From positions 1-42,287 of the IMG/VR virus record IMGVR_UViG_3300025084_000071: a DNA stretch of 42,287 nucleotides; one strand, given 5' to 3'. This document shows, one piece after another, positions 26,195 through 35,425 of the stretch. The first letter of the stretch is position 1; each line of letters opens with the position of its first letter. The translations under genes and the position numbers were made by a program. This DNA comes from a virus. Lineage: Duplodnaviria; Caudoviricetes. Below the pieces are notes generated by a model that was not told where the DNA came from, did no database searches, and worked only from the letters and a program-made list of their open reading frames with translations.

Positions 26195-27761
26195 AGTGGG
26201 GATCGATTTCTCTACCCATTATATCTGACAAGTGTGCAAGCACCCCTGGGCTGTCATCGACTAAGACGTTTGGCCTTATCAAAGTTCTCAGTTGCTGCAT
26301 ATAGTGCGGCTCCGCTACGGCTACAACAGCCATAGCGCTATGCGGGGTAAGATCTATCTCAGAGCACTCTTGAAGCTCTTTCAAGCGCTGCCAGAGCCAT
26401 CTCATGGCCGGGTTGGTAATCTTCTCGACCAGAGGGGCCAAGGATTCTCTTTGCTCCTGACGATGAACAAAGATCCTCAGCAGCCTACGCTCAGCTGCCA
26501 GTCTTATATCGTAGGGTTCTCTCGGAGACCAAGACTTTACCTCGTGATGAAACTCTGCGCTACCCCACTGCCTGCTAATTTTTTCCGCTTCCTTGTCACT
26601 GGTAGATAAAGTCCTGGCTGCCTTGTCAATATAGTGAGTTCTTAAGGCCCTTGACTGCAGTCCGTTTATAAGCGTGCGAAGACGTTTCTCGACTTCCGTT
26701 ATCATCGAAGCATCGTCTTTATTTAGATCAGCCGCCCAGGCATCGATAACCCAGTCCAACCAAGAGGGAGCACTTGCTATGAAGCTATACAAATTTTCTC
26801 CAGACCTTATTAAGTCGTCGGGATCTTTTTTGTGCGGAAGGATTGCGACACTGATATTAATCTCACCAGCCTGAGCCATGGGGCCGCCAACGGAGATGAA
26901 CTGCTCAGCGGCTTTTGCACCTCCGGCATCACCATCGAAACACAAGACAAAATTCTTGACGCTGCGCGAAAGCCTTTTCAGTACAGTAATGTCTGGGGCT
27001 CCGGTTCCTTGTATGGCTACTACATTCTTTATGTCGGCCTGCCACATACTCACTACGTCCAAATGTCCTTCCACAAAAACAAGACAGCCAGCCTCCCTAG
27101 CGAACTCAAGGCCACGCTGCTCGTTGAAGACTAATTGCTTTTTGTGAAAGATATCACTATCTGCGCTGTTTTTGTATTTTGCGATCTGTTCTTCCTTTGT
27201 TTTGCGACCCGTCCAACCAACTAATCGACCTTTGTAATCGTAAATAGGAATCGTGATTCGACCGGCAAATTCCCCTTTGGGGGCATAGCCAATCTGGAAC
27301 TCAGCAGAAGACTCTTTGGTCAGCCCTCGATCAAGCCATATCTGGCGAACGCGATCAGCTCTCGGGTCTTTCCAGTTATTCCGATACTGCTCTTGAACAT
27401 TCTTGGCTTGCTCTAATCCTTTAGCAAAAAGCACCTTCCTGGCTCTAGCTTGTTCAGAGTCTTCGTCATCAGTCTCAAAAGGAATATTGTGAATACCCGC
27501 TACCAATTCGGCAGCGTCTCTCATGTTCATTCCTTTGCGCTTTTGCACATAGTCAATGACATCTCCACCTTCTCTACACACATGACAAAAGCAAAATCCT
27601 TTTTGATCGCTGATCGTCAGAGATGGATTCGTATCTTCATGCCAAAGGCATTGTGTTATGAATTCGTTGCCAACACGCTTAACCTTTCCTCCAAGACTCT
27701 CGACAACAGTAGACAGGGGAGCTGCCTTGATCGATTGAAGGGTTCGTGTAGTGATTGCCAT
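26169..27761 (-). CDS. dnaG: DnaG-type DNA primase
   Basis: CHC2 zinc finger (CLWHEDTNPS...CHVC), KYKNS, TOPRIM (VEGHLDV...CFDGDAGG...KDPDD). Confidence 0.95.
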   Translation of the reverse strand: MAITTRTLQSIKAAPLSTVVESLGGKVKRVGNEFITQCLWHEDTNPSLTISDQKGFCFCHVCREGGDVIDYVQKRKGMNMRDAAELVAGIHNIPFETDDEDSEQARARKVLFAKGLEQAKNVQEQYRNNWKDPRADRVRQIWLDRGLTKESSAEFQIGYAPKGEFAGRITIPIYDYKGRLVGWTGRKTKEEQIAKYKNSADSDIFHKKQLVFNEQRGLEFAREAGCLVFVEGHLDVVSMWQADIKNVVAIQGTGAPDITVLKRLSRSVKNFVLCFDGDAGGAKAAEQFISVGGPMAQAGEINISVAILPHKKDPDDLIRSGENLYSFIASAPSWLDWVIDAWAADLNKDDASMITEVEKRLRTLINGLQSRALRTHYIDKAARTLSTSDKEAEKISRQWGSAEFHHEVKSWSPREPYDIRLAAERRLLRIFVHRQEQRESLAPLVEKITNPAMRWLWQRLKELQECSEIDLTPHSAMAVVAVAEPHYMQQLRTLIRPNVLVDDSPGVLAHLSDIMGREIDPHCDDESDSD

Positions 27762-27773
27762 GCAGTGATTATA

Positions 27774-28505
27774 TCAGAATAAAGAACCTTGAGACCTGTT
27801 AGGGCCGATGCTCTCATAACCTTCTATTAGGTCAATGTCAGTCTCGCTCCAGTTAGTAGTTCTGCAACCAGCTGCGGCTAAAAGTTCATCAACGGCTTTC
27901 GTCGGGAGTCGAGAGCCTGTTCCGCTAAGATAAATTTCAAGCTGCTGTAACACTTCTACATGACTGTCCAAGGTATTAAGAGCACTCTTTGCTAGGTCAA
28001 GGTACATAGCACCAAAGTCGATCTCACTAGCTTCCAAGGCCTCTGTTGGCTTAGACTGTTCCTTAAGCTCAAGAGGAGGACCAGAGCAAACTTTACGGAT
28101 TTCCTGCCACTCTTGGCGATCTATCTCAAGCTCTTCTGCTATTTCGATATCACTCGCACCTCTATACAGCAATTTGCGCCCTTTGACCCAGCGCTCTCTC
28201 ATCTTGTGTGACAACCTCAAAGCATAGGTTCGATCACGGACCCAATGCAAAAGCTCTCCTCTGATCGTGGGGGTTGCAAGACTTGAAAACTTCATACTCT
28301 TACCAGTAACAGGATGAGGTCTCTCTGGGTCGTATCTATAAGCAGCCTTGCACAATCCTTCAAAAGCCACAGATTCGAGAGTATGGTAGTCAATACCTGT
28401 TGTCCTTTGAATTCTCCAGGCTTCTCTTCTGGCTAAGTTTAGATTATCTGACGCAAGCTTTTGTTGCTCTTTGTTCATTCTGAACTTAGCGGGACGCCGA
28501 GCCAT
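27774..28505 (-). CDS. RNA polymerase sigma factor, SigF/SigB-like (group 3)
   Basis: Region 2 NLNLARREA...EGLCKAAYRYDP...FSSLATPTIRGELLHWVRD; region 3 SDIEIAEELEI; region 4 is poorly conserved. Confidence 0.85.
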   Translation of the reverse strand: MARRPAKFRMNKEQQKLASDNLNLARREAWRIQRTTGIDYHTLESVAFEGLCKAAYRYDPERPHPVTGKSMKFSSLATPTIRGELLHWVRDRTYALRLSHKMRERWVKGRKLLYRGASDIEIAEELEIDRQEWQEIRKVCSGPPLELKEQSKPTEALEASEIDFGAMYLDLAKSALNTLDSHVEVLQQLEIYLSGTGSRLPTKAVDELLAAAGCRTTNWSETDIDLIEGYESIGPNRSQGSLF

Positions 28506-28528
28506 ACAATTATCGCTTTACAGCCAAC

Positions 28529-30049
28529 TTACCATGCTCGGTATTGGGACACGTTTGGTAATACTTTATCACCCCTTCCCCAGGTAACAGTTGTCATTTG
28601 AGGCACGGACCTTTGAGCGCAATAGTTTATAGCCATTGTCAAAGCATCCACCATGTCGTCGTTTTTTGAAGCTGGAAACAAAGAAAACTCGTTGATAAAA
28701 GCATCAAGCCATGGAGCACTTGCCGGAATGTAGACATTTCCTGCCTCTACCAGGGGCACAATTCCAGCGGCTCTAGCCTCTTTACTTTTCTCAGGCCTAA
28801 AGCCAATCAGGCCAGGAACTTTCTTCTGCATCATCTGAAACACTGCGTATCCAGAAGCTGCAAGCTCAATCACGCAACCTGATAATGCGTGCTTGCCGTA
28901 AAGCCTTCCGATCATGGCCATAGTGCCAACAACATCAAGTTTTTCTCTAACTAAATCCAACAAATAGAAAGAGTTTCCGGCCTGGCCTACGACAACTCCG
29001 ACTACATAATCGCTTTTTTTTGCATTGGTAAAAGTACAGTCAACAGACAAGATGATTCTCTGAAACTCAGGCAAAATTGCGTCCCAGCCGTAATATTTCC
29101 ACCAATCTGGAGCAAACATGTTACCACCTTCTGGAGCTGGCCTTTGCTGATACAGAGAAGCAAAGTCTCTTGACCCGATAGCCTCTCTAATTCTTGCAAG
29201 AGCGTCAGAATCATATCTCTGAGGGCAAAGGGGCTCATCTATTTCTGTCCGCCAATCAGATATCACTGGACAGTGGTCTGGCAATTTAGGTCGATCATCA
29301 GGATCTTCGTAAAGGGCTGGTAAATCAACAATTGTCCAATTTTCTCTACCCTTTTCAGAGACATTCTTTTCGTTTTCCATTAACTGTCCGATCATGTCAT
29401 TTTCAGACCATCTAGTTTGAATGATTACGATGGCCCCTACGTGAGGCTCTAGACGGGTATAAAGGGTTGAAGTGTACCAGTCATTAAGTTTGTCCATGAT
29501 CCTGTCAGATTCTGCGTCTTCGCGGTTCTTGACTGGATCGTCGACAATAAGGAGGTGCCCAGAACGGCCAGTGATTGCGCCTCCAACACCAGCGGCCCAT
29601 AGACCACCCCCTTCTTCTGTTCCCCATGCATTAACAGCTTTGCTGCTTTCGTTCAGAAGTCCACCGCCTTCCTTGAAGAAGTCTCGCGCCTTCCTAGAAA
29701 ATCCTTCCGCCAGCTCTGCGGAGTAAGAACTGATACCCACATAACGGTCGGGATGAGCAAGAAGGTAAGCAGCAGGAAGCAACTGCGATGCAAGGAGGCT
29801 TTTTCCATGTCGCGGCGGGACTTGAAGTATAAGTCGATTGCATTTTCCGTCAATGACTTGCTGGAGTTGCTCAATTGCTGTGGCATGAAATTTGTAGAAT
29901 TTGTACTGAGGGAATACCTTGCGGATGAATTTCCACAAGACTACTTCCCGGCCAGGGCCTTTTTCAGCTTTTTTATGCTTAATCTCTTTTACGAGACCTT
30001 GCCCTGATGCCGCCCTTTCGAGAAAGTCGTTGCCTTTTTTAGTTGCCAT
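28529..30049 (-). CDS. terL: Terminase large subunit
   Basis: Walker A VPPRHGKS, ITGRSGHLLIVDDP, IQTRW, LYQQRP, and nuclease motifs SVD...SDY...DDMVDA. Confidence 0.96.
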   Translation of the reverse strand: MATKKGNDFLERAASGQGLVKEIKHKKAEKGPGREVVLWKFIRKVFPQYKFYKFHATAIEQLQQVIDGKCNRLILQVPPRHGKSLLASQLLPAAYLLAHPDRYVGISSYSAELAEGFSRKARDFFKEGGGLLNESSKAVNAWGTEEGGGLWAAGVGGAITGRSGHLLIVDDPVKNREDAESDRIMDKLNDWYTSTLYTRLEPHVGAIVIIQTRWSENDMIGQLMENEKNVSEKGRENWTIVDLPALYEDPDDRPKLPDHCPVISDWRTEIDEPLCPQRYDSDALARIREAIGSRDFASLYQQRPAPEGGNMFAPDWWKYYGWDAILPEFQRIILSVDCTFTNAKKSDYVVGVVVGQAGNSFYLLDLVREKLDVVGTMAMIGRLYGKHALSGCVIELAASGYAVFQMMQKKVPGLIGFRPEKSKEARAAGIVPLVEAGNVYIPASAPWLDAFINEFSLFPASKNDDMVDALTMAINYCAQRSVPQMTTVTWGRGDKVLPNVSQYRAW

Positions 30050-30663
30050 TATTCGTCGAGAGGGATTTCGTAAACATCCGCCTCTTCTATAGTAGCAGCT
30101 TCTTCTAGTTCTTGATCGACAACTTGCATTAATTCACTGACCCCTAGAGAGGTTGCCCAAGCCTGTCTGCCAGCATCTGAAATGTTCGATGCTGCTCTCA
30201 TCAGACCTGAGACGAGACCCATTGGAATGTCTTCGTCATTTTCTTCTGCTTTTTGAATACGTTTTTGAATTATATTCATCAAGTCAGAGCTGACATCCAT
30301 CATCATCCTGGCCTGGTCCTCGTTGGACTGGCGAAAATCTTGAATGTTTTGGCGATGACGCTTGCGTTCTGCGGCGTTTACCTCTTTAAAAGTAATCGCC
30401 ATTTGCTGTCTATCATAAGCTGCACAACGTTTTGACCAGCAGTAAATGTCGTACCATTTAGCCACCGTAGCGGCGCTATTTCCACAGGCTTCAGCTGTTA
30501 ACGAAAGAGCTCTATTGCTGCCAGAATTTAGATAAAATTGAAACGCTCTATAAGCTTTTTCATCCTCATGTCTTCCGGCTTCACGAACCCTGTAGCCTCT
30601 TTGATAGTTCCAGACAGGACCAGGGTTGACCGTAGCCTTTACCTCCTTCCACTCTTTAGTCAT
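30049..30663 (-). CDS. terS: Terminase small subunit (HTH)
   Basis: E..KAYRAFQFYL..G..R.L...A.......V.KW.....W..R..AYD; stop codon overlaps the terL start. Confidence 0.8.
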   Translation of the reverse strand: MTKEWKEVKATVNPGPVWNYQRGYRVREAGRHEDEKAYRAFQFYLNSGSNRALSLTAEACGNSAATVAKWYDIYCWSKRCAAYDRQQMAITFKEVNAAERKRHRQNIQDFRQSNEDQARMMMDVSSDLMNIIQKRIQKAEENDEDIPMGLVSGLMRAASNISDAGRQAWATSLGVSELMQVVDQELEEAATIEEADVYEIPLDE

Positions 30664-30700
30664 AGTGTGACATCTCGTCGTCGTAGTATGCCAAGATCAT

Positions 30701-30806
30701 AAAAAAAGAGGGTTTCTCACGCCCTCTTTTATGCATAACCGTCTCTTCGAGATTCTTGTTTTAAAGTGAAAGGAGTGCGACAACTCCTTAGAGCAGGATG
30801 CTCTTA
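30701..30806 (-). ncRNA. Candidate small RNA between thyX and terS
   Basis: Extended -10 TGTGGTATGCT upstream, three hairpins, no ORF, ending in the terminator GAGGG-N9-CCCTC-T7. Confidence 0.45.
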
Positions 30807-30829
30807 AGTCAAGCATACCACACAATTGG

Positions 30830-31486
30830 TCAAGGCTCTGAAAAAGCCGCTTCATGAACGAATGGAAGGTTTTCTTTCAGAATGTCTTTTACTGAATCCG
30901 CAATCATTCGATGTTCGAGTTGGGTTTCCACTCCACAACGAACTTTACAGAAATGGACAAAAGATCGAATAGTGCCACTCATAAAAAGTTTTGTGGGAGT
31001 CCCTAAGGGCAAGATAGATCTGGCACACTCTTTTGCCACACCTTGTCTTAATAAATACTCATAGTAATCAAAACTGTTATGATACAGCCCTCTTATTTGC
31101 TTGTACATAAGATCAACCATCTCAGGATCCAAATCATCATGACTGGCCTGTCTGTTCTTGGAGTCTTGCCGTCGAAGATGGGGTAGTCCAATTGATTTAA
31201 GCAGGTCTACATTGCTGTATCGTTGGCTAAACTCCTGAAAACTGAAACTGCGGTGCCTGATAATTTGGGCCGAAATTGCTCTAGTTGTCTGGATCTCGAC
31301 CTGCATACTCGCCATTTCCAATGGTGACCAATGCTCATGGGTTAGCAAGTATTTGATAAGCTTGGGAGCCGTAGCCATATTGTTCTGATTGGCTGGATTG
31401 GAAACCCTGGCCATTTTGACAATTTGCTGCTCCGCTTCCGGAGTGATGCTTACTAATGTGGCGGTGTGTTGTTCACGATTCATCAA
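30830..31486 (-). CDS. thyX: FAD-dependent thymidylate synthase
   Basis: HWSPLE, QIIRHRSFSFQEFSQRY, AKECARSILP, Q.EHR. Confidence 0.96.
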   Translation of the reverse strand: MMNREQHTATLVSITPEAEQQIVKMARVSNPANQNNMATAPKLIKYLLTHEHWSPLEMASMQVEIQTTRAISAQIIRHRSFSFQEFSQRYSNVDLLKSIGLPHLRRQDSKNRQASHDDLDPEMVDLMYKQIRGLYHNSFDYYEYLLRQGVAKECARSILPLGTPTKLFMSGTIRSFVHFCKVRCGVETQLEHRMIADSVKDILKENLPFVHEAAFSEP

Positions 31487-32322
31487 AATACATCCTCAAT
31501 TGGCTCTTCAACTATATCATAAAATTTATACCATGACGGATAAGAAAGGCTGTGTACCTTGGGATCGCGACTTGGCCATTCAGATAAACTTGAACAGGTC
31601 TTGTAAAGCCTTAGAGCTGCCTCGCATTTCGCGAGACCTTCTTCCATCATGTCCTCATCAACCTCGAACAAGTCAACCGTGTAAGGATCCCTCCTCTCGA
31701 CGCAAGTAAACATAAACTTAAATGGCTTTCCGTAGGCAACACTAGCTGCTTTCGCGTAAAAAGCCGCTTGGAAGTCATAACCGAGTCCTATAACTTTTTT
31801 AGTGAACAGATCTACCTCCACACTGTCTGTTGTTTTAAGGTCCAGGATTAATCCTTCATCTAAAAGTACACTGTCAAGACGAGCCTTGCACTTAACTCCT
31901 TCCCATTCCCAATACACGGAAACTTCATTTCGCTTAATGTACTCAGCCCCAGTGTTTTGATAGTAGGACAACCGAGACAAAGACTTAGCCATTCCCTGGA
32001 CACTGTTCCAAGGATCATCCTTCCCTCCTACGGTCAAGACTCTTTTCCTGCCAACAGTTTCTTTCCAGGCTTTGCCTTCCTTAGTCGTTAATTTTATTTC
32101 TGCAGGTTTCATCACGTACTGAGCCTTGAAAGCCTCCTCGCCGTCCAATAACAGGCAATGAACAGCTGTTCCCATCTCCATCGCTGGAGTAGGTATCAGC
32201 CTATTCTTTTTAGCCGCTTGGTAGTGAGCAGGGCTGTCCAGGATCTTTTTCAATGATGACTGGTTAACCCCCTCTTCGCGTCTGTAATCAAATTCGCTCT
32301 GGTTGTAGCAGATTTCCGCCAA
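31483..32322 (-). CDS. RecE / exonuclease VIII-like PD-(D/E)xK nuclease
   Basis: S.LK.I..SPAHY...GTAVH..LL...EVSVYW...CKARLD...DLKTT...YDFQAAFY. Confidence 0.88.
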   Translation of the reverse strand: MAEICYNQSEFDYRREEGVNQSSLKKILDSPAHYQAAKKNRLIPTPAMEMGTAVHCLLLDGEEAFKAQYVMKPAEIKLTTKEGKAWKETVGRKRVLTVGGKDDPWNSVQGMAKSLSRLSYYQNTGAEYIKRNEVSVYWEWEGVKCKARLDSVLLDEGLILDLKTTDSVEVDLFTKKVIGLGYDFQAAFYAKAASVAYGKPFKFMFTCVERRDPYTVDLFEVDEDMMEEGLAKCEAALRLYKTCSSLSEWPSRDPKVHSLSYPSWYKFYDIVEEPIEDVF

Positions 32323-32344
32323 AATAAGTCTGCAAGTCTCTTCA

Positions 32345-32701
32345 TTATATCCGATAGACCTTTATGATCCATAGCGATTCAGCTTTAGGCGCTTTGGTCC
32401 ATACGACTTCAAGCTGAGGTATTATACTCACCCTGTCGTCTTTCCAGACTACTCCGCTGACGCTATCAAACAAAGCTCCAATAATATTGTCTCCATCTGC
32501 ACGGCCTTCACCATAGATCTCAATCTCGACCCTTAGAGGCCCTTCTAGGACGTCTCCAAGGTACTGTTCTTTTATTTGGCGCAGCATTTCTTTCTGCTTT
32601 TTCTTGTAGTCAGCAGGCATAAAAGTGCCCCTGCTCGTAACCCTTGGACGGGCCTTTGAGAACAGAGGCATATTGACTTTTAGTTCAGTAATTAGTTCCA
32701 C
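32345..32701 (-). CDS. rusA: RusA-family Holliday junction resolvase
   Basis: SKARPR...ADGDNI...LFD...VWKDD. Confidence 0.85.
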   Translation of the reverse strand: MELITELKVNMPLFSKARPRVTSRGTFMPADYKKKQKEMLRQIKEQYLGDVLEGPLRVEIEIYGEGRADGDNIIGALFDSVSGVVWKDDRVSIIPQLEVVWTKAPKAESLWIIKVYRI

Positions 32702-32746
32702 AATACACCAGACGAGACAATAGTCAGCGTCAGTATGCCAGGGCTG

Positions 32747-33163
32747 TCATGTCTCAATAGGCCCAAGAGTGGGATCCCAGAGCTCATCGCGATCAAAACC
32801 TTTCGGATCCGCGTCTCTTACGCCATATTCGTTAAGCAGATTATCATCAATCAAGTCGTCATCGAAGGAGTCCAAAATGTCTTGATAGTTAACAGAAAAA
32901 AGACCTTGAGCTCTTCTAGCTAAACCAGAAAGGCTTTCTTCTATTTTTTGTTGGTGTTCTAATTTAGAAATCTCTCTATTTATATACCATTGGGCTTTGT
33001 ATAGGTCTTCCAAAGCATCATTAGATTTTCTTCCGGCTCTGCTGATATATTTTAAAGAGTTACCTAATCCGAAACTCAGCTCCCAATCTTCGATAACGTC
33101 GATTGGTTCAAACATGCGACCCTCGGCGTAGTGGGATGGGCGATTGATTGGATCGTGGGTCAC
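32747..33163 (-). CDS. DUF3310-family protein
   Basis: DPINRPSHY...IDVI...F.LGNSLKYISRAG.K...EDL.KA.WYI. Confidence 0.85.
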   Translation of the reverse strand: MTHDPINRPSHYAEGRMFEPIDVIEDWELSFGLGNSLKYISRAGRKSNDALEDLYKAQWYINREISKLEHQQKIEESLSGLARRAQGLFSVNYQDILDSFDDDLIDDNLLNEYGVRDADPKGFDRDELWDPTLGPIET

Positions 33164-33453
33164 TTGTCAGATTCCTCTCGAATGTTTCTATTATCCCGTA
33201 TGCAAACTGATTTGTTTTTACGGGGAAGGAAGACTGTAACTCCCTCCTTTGACCAAGATACCACTTGTCCTTTTTCCCATCCAGTCCCGACATAAGCCTT
33301 AATATTTGTTCCTTTTCTGAATGAACGCATTGGCAGAGGATCCTGAGACATCCACTCAACATGCTTGAGAGCAGAAGGCTTCATCTTCATAGAACCATCT
33401 TTAAGAATTCTCATCTTGCCCTCTCTTCCTTCTTGCCGACGTAAAATCCTCAC
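33160..33453 (-). CDS. Hypothetical SH3-like protein (start probably internal)
   Basis: FRKGT.IKAYVG.GWEKG.VVSW...VTV beta pattern. Confidence 0.6.
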   Translation of the reverse strand: MRILRRQEGREGKMRILKDGSMKMKPSALKHVEWMSQDPLPMRSFRKGTNIKAYVGTGWEKGQVVSWSKEGVTVFLPRKNKSVCIRDNRNIREESDK

Positions 33454-33673
33454 TAGAAAAGATCATTGCCCGATCAGAGTGATTGCGCCAAATCTTCTCC
33501 GCCTGATTCCAGTTCATTGGTTTGGTCTTGACCATGTCTGGCCAAAGAAGAACAACAAATTCGCCAGTTTTATCGTTAGGTCCTTCTTCTCTTTGTTCTT
33601 TGAGCCACTGTTCATACTCGCGATCCTGGCGTTTCCGCTTAGACCTTCGACTTTTTTCATGCTTTGCCATCAA
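33401..33673 (-). CDS. Hypothetical basic protein
   Basis: 90-aa ORF coupled to its neighbours. Confidence 0.6.
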   Translation of the reverse strand: MMAKHEKSRRSKRKRQDREYEQWLKEQREEGPNDKTGEFVVLLWPDMVKTKPMNWNQAEKIWRNHSDRAMIFSSEDFTSARRKRGQDENS

Positions 33674-34104
33674 GATTCCCTCGCCATGTCTAGCAGAAAA
33701 TGCTTTGGCAGTTCAGCGTTAAGACTAGATACGGCGGCTATGACGACAGGAACGTTGCGCTTGTTTTCACCTACAGAGAGGACCCATAAATCTTCTGTCA
33801 TATTGTAACGACAGAGGCCCGTAGCAAGCATTTCTCCTAGCACTTCTTCTGCACATACTTCCGCCCAGGAGCGAGTCTCCCCCGCCTCTGCTTCCTCCCA
33901 ATTGGCTATCTTTAAGTCCTCCTGGCTACATAAAACAGAAGCCATAGCAACTATTTCGGAAGGCCTTGTACCTGTCCTATAGAGCAAAGCAGCCCATACC
34001 AACGGACGTATGACAGCTACGGTAAGTCTTGGCGTTTCATCAATCAAAAGGCCAGTTCCAGACGAGCAGTCTTCGGCTTCTTTTGGGTTTAAATTAAAAG
34101 CCAT
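33670..34104 (-). CDS. Hypothetical protein (possible winged helix)
   Basis: From MAFNLNP at 34104, directly after a terminator. Confidence 0.6.
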   Translation of the reverse strand: MAFNLNPKEAEDCSSGTGLLIDETPRLTVAVIRPLVWAALLYRTGTRPSEIVAMASVLCSQEDLKIANWEEAEAGETRSWAEVCAEEVLGEMLATGLCRYNMTEDLWVLSVGENKRNVPVVIAAVSSLNAELPKHFLLDMARES

Positions 34105-34128
34105 AAAAAAAAGGGGCTCTTGGCCCCT
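34105..34128 (-). terminator. Intrinsic terminator after ssb
   Basis: Minus strand GGGGC-CAAGA-GCCCC followed by T8. Confidence 0.8.
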
Positions 34129-34148
34129 CATTGTATCAGGAAGTCGAA

Positions 34149-34493
34149 TCAGAAAGGAGGTTCCTCTTCTGTCTTTTGTTCTTTGTAAGGTTGATTGACT
34201 CGGGCATCCTTTACGTCTAAATAGGTTTTGTCTTTATAAACTCGCTGAACCAGTTGTCCCGTAACAGATACAAAATCACCACGTTCTAATCGATCGGGGA
34301 GGAGTTCAGCTTGCTTCCCTCCTACTTGAATACGATAAAATTGTGAAGGTTTGTCGTCTCCTTTGAAATAGAAATACTCGGTGTCCATGACAGAAAACTC
34401 AGCAACAGTATAAGTCTCGCCAAGTGTTTTTGTTGTCACAGCAGGTTCGCCTTCTTTGCAGACAATTCGTCCGGAAATGTTAACTTGTGCCAT
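34149..34493 (-). CDS. ssb: Single-stranded DNA-binding protein
   Basis: OB-fold pattern (V.ISGRI...L.RGD.V.V.GQL....Y) and an acidic EEEPPF tail. Confidence 0.9.
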   Translation of the reverse strand: MAQVNISGRIVCKEGEPAVTTKTLGETYTVAEFSVMDTEYFYFKGDDKPSQFYRIQVGGKQAELLPDRLERGDFVSVTGQLVQRVYKDKTYLDVKDARVNQPYKEQKTEEEPPF

Positions 34494-34523
34494 CGGTGGG
34501 ATCCCTGATTCAATGCTTTGACA

Positions 34524-35303
34524 TTATACCAGATCTTGACATCTTTCAATGGCTTCACGGTAAAGCTTGCCTGCCTTGTCTATTGGAATACCGGCATCTA
34601 AAGCAGCCGCGCTCATGACACCTCGTTCTGAATAGGAAATCATAAGCTTTTGCACTTTTGGATCGATACCAGCTCTGTCCATGATCCTCTTGCATTTTTC
34701 TGAATCACACTCAATCAAATCAGTCCTTTTAGAGACATCAGGGGCTGGAATAAAGTCACCCAAACAAGTATAAGGATCTCTAGGGCTTACTGGACGATCT
34801 AAAGACAAGAAGGCAGCTGAGGCGACTTCAGCAGCAAGGATTCTAGTTTTGCACTTAGGAGCTCCTGGCTTGCCACTGGGTTGACCATCATGGTTTCTTC
34901 GGTAGTAGATCTCCATCATTATCCTTTCAGGGATATAGATCCGTGCCTCATTTTGGACCAAATGACGGCTTAACCGTTGGCGTATCCAGGGTACTGCGCA
35001 TGTAGAGAATCTGGTCCCTCTAGTTGTGTCGTAACGTTCGGCTGCAACATGAAGACCAAAGTAGCCAGCCTGTAGTAAGTCGACACTCAATTCTGTCCCC
35101 CAGACGAACAAACGCTTGTCAGAACAAGATTTAGCAGTCTTGTAAAGAAGTAAAAGGTTTCCTTCGCATATGCGATTTAAAATTTTTGTATATTTCCTTG
35201 AGCCGCGTTTTTCTTTAGCTAATTGCAAGCAAAGCTCAAATGTCAATTCACTGCTAATCGCTTTCTTACCTGCCGAGTTAAGCCAAATAGTGACTGAATC
35301 CAT
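34524..35303 (-). CDS. RNA polymerase sigma factor, RpoD/group 2-like (divergent)
   Basis: DSVTIWLN.AGK (region 1.2), GNLLL, DLLQAGYFGL..AAERYD.TRGTRFST.AVPWIRQ, I.IP, SLD.PV. Confidence 0.88.
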   Translation of the reverse strand: MDSVTIWLNSAGKKAISSELTFELCLQLAKEKRGSRKYTKILNRICEGNLLLLYKTAKSCSDKRLFVWGTELSVDLLQAGYFGLHVAAERYDTTRGTRFSTCAVPWIRQRLSRHLVQNEARIYIPERIMMEIYYRRNHDGQPSGKPGAPKCKTRILAAEVASAAFLSLDRPVSPRDPYTCLGDFIPAPDVSKRTDLIECDSEKCKRIMDRAGIDPKVQKLMISYSERGVMSAAALDAGIPIDKAGKLYREAIERCQDLV

Positions 35304-35343
35304 GGATCTTGATCAACTTTATGATTTACGTGTACCTTCGCAC

Positions 35344-35367
35344 AAAAAAAGGGACTTGTCAAGTCCC
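35344..35367 (-). terminator. Intrinsic terminator after the SSAP gene
   Basis: Minus strand GGGACT-TGACA-AGTCCC followed by T7. Confidence 0.75.
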
Positions 35368-35425
35368 TTGAATTACTATTCCTTTGAAAAAGTAAGCCAA
35401 CGAACTGACTGCCTCCTCAAGATGA

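Noticed and set aside
20921-30049. Intron or intein in nrdJ or terL
   Set aside because: Both ORFs are continuous and of normal length, with no splicing motifs seen.
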